A stretch of 64,000 nt of DNA from Macrostomum hystrix (Eukaryota; Animalia; Platyhelminthes), in NCBI GenBank assembly GCA_950097015.1, contig CATNEN010000001.1, positions 6,014,001 through 6,078,000 of the forward strand, in the 5' to 3' direction. A model generated the notes under the pieces. The model had not been told where the DNA came from. It did no database searches and saw only the letters and a list, made by a program, of their open reading frames with translations. Positions 55,701-64,000 of this stretch are shown here, one piece after another. Made by a program: the position numbers and the translations under genes. Numbering within the stretch: the first letter of the stretch is position 1; every line of letters begins with the position of its first letter.

Positions 55701-58700
55701 CATTCTGTAAAATCAGCTCCCCATTCTGTAAAATCAGATCCCCATTCTGCAAAATCTGCCCTTGATTCTGTTAAATCAGCTCCTCATTCTGTGAAATCTG
55801 CCATTGATTCTGTAAAATCAGCTCCTCATTCTGTAAAATCAGTCCCTCATTCTGTAAAATCAGCTCCTCATTCTGTAAAATCAGTCCCTCATTCTGTAAA
55901 ATCAGCTCCCCATTCTGTAAAATCAGTCCCTCATTCTGTAAAATCAGCTTCTCATTCTGTAAAATCAGCTTCTCATTCTGTAAAATCAGTCCCTCATTCC
56001 GTAAAATCAGCTTCTCATTCTGTAAAATCAGCTTCTCATTCTGTAAAATCAGCTCCTCATTCTGTAAAATCAGCTCCCCATTCTGTAAAATCAGCTTCTC
56101 ATTCTGTAAAATCAGTCCCTCATTCTGTAAAATCAGCTCCTCATTCTGTAAAATCAGTCCCTCATTCTGTAAAATCAGCTTCCCATTCTGTAAAATCAGC
56201 TTCTCATTCTGTAAAATCAGCTCCTCATTCTGTAAAATCTGCTCTTGATTCCGTAAAATCAGCTCCTCATTCTGTAAAATCAGCTTCTCATTCTGTAAAA
56301 TCAGCTCCTCATTCTGTAAAATCAGCTCCTCATTCTGTAAAATCAGCTCCTCATTCTGTAAAATCAGCTCCCCATTCTGTAAAATCAGTCCCTCATTCTG
56401 TAAAATCAGCTTCTCATTCTGTAAAATCAGCTTCTCATTCTGTAAAATCAGTCCCTCATTCCGTAAAATCAGCTTCTCATTCTGTAAAATCAGCTTCTCA
56501 TTCTGTAAAATCAGCTCCTCATTCTGTAAAATCAGCTCCCCATTCTGTAAAATCAGCTTCTCATTCTGTAAAATCAGTCCCTCATTCTGTAAAATCAGCT
56601 TCTCATCCTGTAAAATCAGTCCCTCATTCTGTAAAATCAGCTTCTCATTCTGTAAAATCAGCTTCTCATTCTTTAAAATCAGTCCCTCATTCCGTAAAAT
56701 CAGCTTCTCATTCTGTAAAATCAGCTTCTCATTCTGTAAAATCAGCTCCTCATTCTGTAAAATCAGCTCCTCATTCTGTAAAATCAGCTCCCCATTCTGT
56801 AAAATCAGCTTCTCATTCTGTAAAATCAGCTCCTCATTCTGTAAAATCAGCTCCTCATTCTGTAAAATCAGCTTCTCATTCTGTAAAATCAGCTCCTCAT
56901 TCTGTAAAATCAGCTCCTCATTCTGTAAAATCAGCTCCTCATTCTGTAAAATCAGCTCCTCATTCTGTAAAATCAGCTCCTCATTCTGTAAAATCAGCTC
57001 CTCATTCTGTAAAATCAGCTCCCCATTCTGTAAAATCAGCTCCCCATTCTGTAAAATCTGCTACCCATTCTGTAAAATCTGCTCTTGATTCTGTAAAATC
57101 AGTCCCTCATTCTGTAAAATCAGCTCCCCATTCTGTAAAATCAGCTCCCCATTCTGAAAAATCTGCTCTTGATTCTGTAAAATCAGTCCCTCATTCTGTA
57201 AAATCAGCTCCTCATTCTGTAAAATCAGCTCCTCATTCTGTAAAATCAGCTCCTCATTCTGTAAAATCAGCTCCCCATTCTGTAAAATCAGCTCCTCATT
57301 CTGTAAAATCAGCTTCTCATTCTGTAAAATCAGCTCCTCATTCTGTAAAATCAGTCCCTCATTTCGTAAAATCAGCTTCTCATTCTGTAAAATCAGCTTC
57401 TCATTATGTAAAATCAGCTCCTCATTCTGTAAAATCAGCTCCTCATTCTGTAAAATCAGCTCCCCATTCTGTAAAATCAGCTTCTCATTCTGTAAAATCA
57501 GCTCCTCATTCTGTAAAATCAGCTCCTCATCCTGTAAAATCAGTCCCTCATTCTGTAAAATCAGCTTCTCATTCTGTAAAATCAGCTTCTCATTCTTTAA
57601 AATCAGTCCCTCATTCCGTAAAATCAGCTTCTCATTCTGTAAAATCAGCTTCTCATTCTGTAAAATCAGCTCCTCATTCTGTAAAATCAGCTCCTCATTC
57701 TGTAAAATCAGCTCCCCATTCTGTAAAATCAGCTTCTCATTCTGTAAAATCAGCTTCTCATTCTGTAAAATCAGCTCCTCATTCTGTAAAATCAGCTCCT
57801 CATTCTGTAAAATCAGCTCCCCATTCTGTAAAATCAGTCCCTCATTCTGTAAAATCAGCTTCTCATTCTGTAAAATCAGCTTCTCATTCTGTAAAATCAG
57901 TCCCTCATTCCGTAAAATCAGCTTCTCATTCTGTAAAATCAGCTTCTCATTCTGTAAAATCAGCTCCTCATTCTGTAAAATCAGCTCCCCATTCTGTAAA
58001 ATCAGCTTCTCATTCTGTAAAATCAGTCCCTCATTCTGTAAAATCAGCTCCTCATTCTGTAAAATCAGTCCCTCATTCTGTAAAATCAGCTTCCCATTCT
58101 GTAAAATCAGCTTCTCATTCTGTAAAATCAGCTCCTCATTCTGTAAAATCTGCTCTTGATTCCGTAAAATCAGCTCCTCATTCTGTAAAATCAGCTTCTC
58201 ATACTGTAAAATCAGCCACTCATTCTGTAAAATCAGCTCCTCATTCTGTAAAATCAGCTCCTCATTCTGTAAAATCAGCTCCTCATTCTATAAAATCAGC
58301 TCCTCATTCTGTAAAATCAGCTCCCCATTCTGTAAAATCAGCTCCCAATTCTGTAAAATCAGCTCCTCATTCTGTAAAATCAGTCCCTCATTCTGTAAAA
58401 TCAGCTCCCCATTCTGTAAAATCAGCTCCCCATTCTGTAAAATCTGCTCTTGATTCTGTAAAATCAGCTTCTCATTCTGTAAAATCAGCTCCTCATTCCG
58501 TAAAATCAGCTTCTCATTCTGTAAAATCAGCTCCTCATTCTGTAAAATCAGCTCCCCATTCTGTAAAATCAGCTCCTCATTCTGTAAAATCAGCTTCTCA
58601 TTCTGTAAAATCAGCTTCTCATTCTGTAAAATCAGCTCCTCATTCTGTAAAATCAGCTTCTCATTCTGTAAAATCAGCTCCTCATTCTGTAAAATCAGCT

Positions 58701-61700
58701 CCTCATTCTGTAAAATCAGCTCCTCATTCTGTAAAATCAGCTCCCCATTCTGTAAAATCAGCTCCTCATTCTATAAAATCAGCTCCTCATTCTGTAAAAT
58801 CAGCTCCCCATTCTGTAAAATCAGCTCCCCATTCTGTAAAATCAGCTCCTCATTCTGTAAAATCAGTCCCTCATTCTGTAAAATCAGCTCCCCATTCTGT
58901 AAAATCAGCTCCCCATTCTGTAAAATCTGCTCTTGATTCTGTAAAATCAGCTTCTCATTCTGTAAAATCAGCTCCTCATTCCGTAAAATCAGCTCCTCAT
59001 TCTGTAAAATCAGTCCCTCATTCTGTAAAATCAGCTCCCCATTCTGTAAAATCAGCTCCTCATTCTGTAAAATCAGCTTCTCATTCTGTAAAATCAGCTC
59101 CTCATTCTGTAAAATCAGCTCCTCATTCTGTAAAATCAGCTCCTCATTCTGTAAAATCAGCTCCCCATTCTGTAAAATCAGCTCCTCATTCTGTAAAATC
59201 AGCTTCTCATTCTGTAAAATCAGCTCCTCATTCCGTAAAATCAGCTCCTCATTCTGTAAAATCAGCTCCTCATTCTGTAAAATCAGCTCCCCATTCTGTA
59301 AAATCAGCTTCTCATTCTGTAAAATCAGCTTCTCATTCTGTAAAATCAGCTTCTCATCCTGTAAAATCAGTCCCTCATTCTGTAAAATCAGCTCCTCATT
59401 CTGTAAAATCAGCTTCTCATTCTGTAAAATCAGTCCCTCATTCCGTAAAATCAGCTTCTCATTCTGTAAAATCAGCTTCTCATTCTGTAAAATCAGCTCC
59501 TCATTCTGTAAAATCAGCTCCTCATTCTGTAAAATCAGCTCCCCATTCTGTAAAATCAGCTTCTCATTCTGTAAAATCAGCTCCTCATTCTGTAAAATCA
59601 GCTCCTCATTCTGTAAAATCAGCTTCTCATTCTGTAAAATCAGCTCCTCATTCTGTAAAATCAGCTCCTCATTCTGTAAAATCAGCTCCTCATTCTGTAA
59701 AATCAGCTCCCCATTCTGTAAAATCTGCTCTTGATTCTGTAAAATCAGTCCCTCATTCTGTAAAATCAGCTCCTCATTCTGTAAAATCAGCTCCCCATTC
59801 TGTAAAATCTGCTCTTGATTCTGTAAAATCAGTCCCTCATTCTGTAAAATCAGCTCCTCATTCTGTAAAATCAGCTCCCCATTCTGTAAAATCTGCTCTT
59901 GATTCTGTAAAATCAGCTTCTCATTCTGTAAAATCAGCTCCTCATTCTGTAAAATCAGCTCCTCATTCTGTAAAATCAGCTCCTCATTCTGTAAAATCAG
60001 CTCCCCATTCTGTAAAATCAGCTCCTCATTCTGTAAAATCAGCTTCTCATTCTGTAAAATCAGCTCCTCATTCCGTAAAATCAGCTCCTCATTCTGTAAA
60101 ATCAGCTCCTCATTCTGTAAAATCAGCTCCCCATTCTGTAAAATCAGCTTCTCATTCTGTAAAATCAGCTTCTCATTCTGTAAAATCAGCTTCTCATCCT
60201 GTAAAATCAGTCCCTCATTCTGTAAAATCAGCTTCTCATTCTGTAAAATCAGCTTCTCATTCTTTAAAATCAGTCCCTCATTCCGTAAAATCAGCTTCTC
60301 ATTCTGTAAAATCAGCTTCTCATTCTGTAAAATCAGCTCCTCATTCTGTAAAATCAGCTCCTCATTCTGTAAAATCAGCTCCCCATTCTGTAAAATCAGC
60401 TTCTCATTCTGTAAAATCAGCTCCTCATTCTGTAAAATCAGCTCCTCATTCTGTAAAATCAGCTTCTCATTCTGTAAAATCAGCTCCTCATTCTGTAAAA
60501 TCAGCTCCTCATTCTGTAAAATCAGCTCCTCATTCTGTAAAATCAGCTCCTCATTCTGTAAAATCAGCTCCTCATTCTGTAAAATCAGCTCCTCATTCTG
60601 TAAAATCAGCTCCCCATTCTGTAAAATCAGCTCCCCATTCTGTAAAATCTGCTACCCATTCTGTAAAATCTGCTCTTGATTCTGTAAAATCAGTCCCTCA
60701 TTCTGTAAAATCAGCTCCCCATTCTGTAAAATCAGCTCCCCATTCTGTAAAATCTGCTCTTGATTCTGTAAAATCAGTCCCTCATTCTGTAAAATCAGCT
60801 CCTCATTCTGTAAAATCAGCTCCTCATTCTGTAAAATCAGCTCCTCATTCTGTAAAATCAGCTCCTCATTCTGTAAAATCAGCTCCCCATTCTGTAAAAT
60901 CAGCTCCTCATTCTGTAAAATCAGCTTCTCATTCTGTAAAATCAGCTCCTCATTCCGTAAAATCAGCTCCTCATTCTGTAAAATCAGCTCCTCATTCTGT
61001 AAAATCAGCTCCCCATTCTGTAAAATCAGCTTCTCATTCTGTAAAATCAGCTCCTCATTCTGTAAAATCAGCTCCTCATTCTGTAAAATCAGCTTCTCAT
61101 TCTGTAAAATCAGCTCCTCATTCTGTAAAATCAGCTCCTCATTCTGTAAAATCAGCTCCTCATTCTGTAAAATCAGCTCCCCATTCTGTAAAATCTGCTC
61201 TTGATTCTGTAAAATCAGTCCCTCATTCTGTAAAATCAGCTCCTCATTCTGTAAAATCAGCTCCCCATTCTGTAAAATCTGCTCTTGATTCTGTAAAATC
61301 AGTCCCTCATTCTGTAAAATCAGCTCCTCATTCTGTAAAATCAGCTCCCCATTCTGTAAAATCTGCTCTTGATTCTGTAAAATCAGCTTCTCATTCTGTA
61401 AAATCAGCTCCTCATTCTGTAAAATCAGCTCCTCATTCTGTAAAATCAGCTCCTCATTCTGTAAAATCAGCTCCCCATTCTGTAAAATCAGCTCCTCATT
61501 CTGTAAAATCAGCTTCTCATTCTGTAAAATCAGCTCCTCATTCCGTAAAATCAGCTCCTCATTCTGTAAAATCAGCTCCTCATTCTGTAAAATCAGCTCC
61601 CCATTCTGTAAAATCAGCTTCTCATTCTGTAAAATCAGCTTCTCATTCTGTAAAATCAGCTTCTCATCCTGTAAAATCAGTCCCTCATTCTGTAAAATCA

Positions 61701-64000
61701 GCTTCTCATTCTGTAAAATCAGCTTCTCATTCTTTAAAATCAGTCCCTCATTCCGTAAAATCAGCTTCTCATTCTGTAAAATCAGCTTCTCATTCTGTAA
61801 AATCAGCTCCTCATTCTGTAAAATCAGCTCCTCATTCTGTAAAATCAGCTCCCCATTCTGTAAAATCAGCTTCTCATTCTGTAAAATCAGCTCCTCATTC
61901 TGTAAAATCAGCTCCTCATTCTGTAAAATCAGCTTCTCATTCTGTAAAATCAGCTCCTCATTCTGTAAAATCAGCTCCTCATTCTGTAAAATCAGCTCCT
62001 CATTCTGTAAAATCAGCTCCTCATTCTGTAAAATCAGCTCCTCATTCTGTAAAATCAGCTCCTCATTCTGTAAAATCAGCTCCCCATTCTGTAAAATCAG
62101 CTCCCCATTCTGTAAAATCTGCTACCCATTCTGTAAAATCTGCTCTTGATTCTGTAAAATCAGTCCCTCATTCTGTAAAATCAGCTCCCCATTCTGTAAA
62201 ATCAGCTCCCCATTCTGTAAAATCTGCTCTTGATTCTGTAAAATCAGTCCCTCATTCTGTAAAATCAGCTCCTCATTCTGTAAAATCAGCTCCTCATTCT
62301 GTAAAATCAGCTCCTCATTCTGTAAAATCAGCTCCCCATTCTGTAAAATCAGCTCCTCATTCTGTAAAATCAGCTTCTCATTCTGTAAAATCAGCTCCTC
62401 ATTCTGTAAAATCAGTCCCTCATTTCGTAAAATCAGCTTCTCATTCTGTAAAATCAGCTTCTCATTATGTAAAATCAGCTCCTCATTCTGTAAAATCAGC
62501 TCCTCATTCTGTAAAATCAGCTCCCCATTCTGTAAAATCAGCTTCTCATTCTGTAAAATCAGCTCCTCATTCTGTAAAATCAGCTCCTCATTCTGTAAAA
62601 TCAGCTTCTCATTCTGTAAAATCAGCTCCTCATTCTGTAAAATCAGCTCCTCATTCTGTAAAATCAGCTCCTCATTCTGTAAAATCAGCTCCTCATTCTG
62701 TAAAATCAGCTCCTCATTCTGTAAAATCAGCTCCTCATTCTGTAAAATCAGCTCCCCATTCTGTAAAATCAGTCCCTCATTCTGTAAAATCAGCTTCTCA
62801 TTCTGTAAAATCAGCTTCTCATTCTGTAAAATCAGTCCCTCATTCCGTAAAATCAGCTTCTCATTCTGTAAAATCAGCTTCTCATTCTGTAAAATCAGCT
62901 CCTCATTCTGTAAAATCAGCTCCTCATTCTGTAAAATCAGCTCCCCATTCTGTAAAATCAGCTTCTCATTCTGTAAAATCAGCTCCTCATTCTGTAAAAT
63001 CAGCTCCTCATTCTGTAAAATCAGCTTCTCATTCTGTAAAATCAGCTCCTCATTCTGTAAAATCAGCTCCTCATTCTGTAAAATCATCTTCTCATTCTGT
63101 AAAATCTGCTCCTCATTCTGTAAAATCAGCTCCTCATTCTGTAAAATCAGCTCCTCATTCTGTAAAATCAGCTCCTCATTCTGTAAAATCAGCTCCTCAT
63201 TCTGTAAAATCAGCTCCTCATTCTGTAAAATCAGCTCCTCATTCTGTAAAATCAGCTCCTCATTCTGTAAAATCAGCTCCCCATTCTGTAAAATCTGCTC
63301 TTGATTCTGTAAAATCAGTCCCTCATTCTGTAAAATCAGCTCCCCATTCTGTAAAATCAGCTCCCCATTCTGTAAAATCTGCTCTTGATTCTGTAAAATC
63401 AGTCCCTCATTCTGTAAAATCAGCTCCTCATTCTGTAAAATCAGCTCCCCATTCCGTAAAATCTGCTCTTGATTCTGTAAAATCAGCTTCTCATCCTGTA
63501 AAATCAGCCACTCATTCTGTAAAATCAGCTCCCCATTCTGTAAAATCTGCTCTTGATTCTGTAAAATCAGCTCCTCATTCTGTAAAATCTGCTACCCATT
63601 CTGTAAAATCTGCTCTTGATTCTGTAAAATCAGTCCCTCATTCTGTAAAATCAGCTCCCCATTCTGTAAAATCAGCTCCCCATTCTGTAAAATCTGCTCT
63701 TGATTCTGTAAAATCAGTCCCTCATTCTGTAAAATCAGCTCCTCATTCTGTAAAATCAGCTCCTCATTCTGTAAAATCAGCTCCTCATTCTGTAAAATCA
63801 GCTCCCCATTCTGTAAAATCAGCTCCTCATTCTGTAAAATCAGCTTCTCATTCTGTAAAATCAGCTCCTCATTCTGTAAAATCAGTCCCTCATTTCGTAA
63901 AATCAGCTTCTCATTCTGTAAAATCAGCTTCTCATTCTGTAAAATCAGCTCCTCATTCTGTAAAATCAGCTCCTCATTCTGTAAAATCAGCTCCCCATTC
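52737..64000. repeat. Large 21-bp satellite (ATTCTGTAAAATCAGCTCCTC and variants), >11 kb, runs off the window
   Basis: Continuous array with an invariant ATTCTGTAAAATC core and a variable 8-bp part; lies downstream of the unmatched splice donor at 52265. Confidence 0.98.

Noticed and set aside
55054-63087. Leucine-zipper-like ORFs (LILQNEE)n
   Set aside because: Heptad translation of the 21-bp satellite, antisense to the host gene and broken by occasional TAG variants; no unique coding flanks

Overview
Animal (invertebrate) genomic DNA with GT-AG introns and no prokaryotic features. Almost every longer intron and intergenic spacer holds its own minisatellite; this style suggests a free-living flatworm such as Macrostomum (inference only). 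I assembled nine protein-coding genes by hand with phase-consistent splice sites. (1) A secreted coiled-coil + fibrinogen-domain protein (-, 3 exons, ~958 aa). (2) An intronless Cys/His-coiled-coil-beta-propeller (TRIM-NHL-like) protein (+). (3) A gustatory-receptor-like 7TM channel with a very long N-terminus (+, 5 exons, ~842 aa). (4-8) A run of five co-oriented minus-strand genes: SMKR1 (missed by the ORF track), RETSAT, calcineurin B, POLE4 and Rab4. (9) The 5' part of a secreted multi-C-type-lectin-like protein (+), whose next intron is an >11 kb 21-bp satellite running off the window. Mobile DNA includes a tRNA-derived CORE-like SINE family (2 intact copies with target-site duplications, 3 decayed), a hAT MITE carrying a minisatellite, a 105-bp-arm foldback and a dispersed ~70-bp CCAAT/palindrome repeat family. 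Three leads stand out: a candidate operon-like, SL-trans-spliced five-gene unit headed by an RFX X-box; an SMKR1 main exon that lacks its own AUG; and a GR-like channel with an altered pore motif and a signalling-motif-rich tail. All coordinates and alignments were done by eye; no database searches were run.
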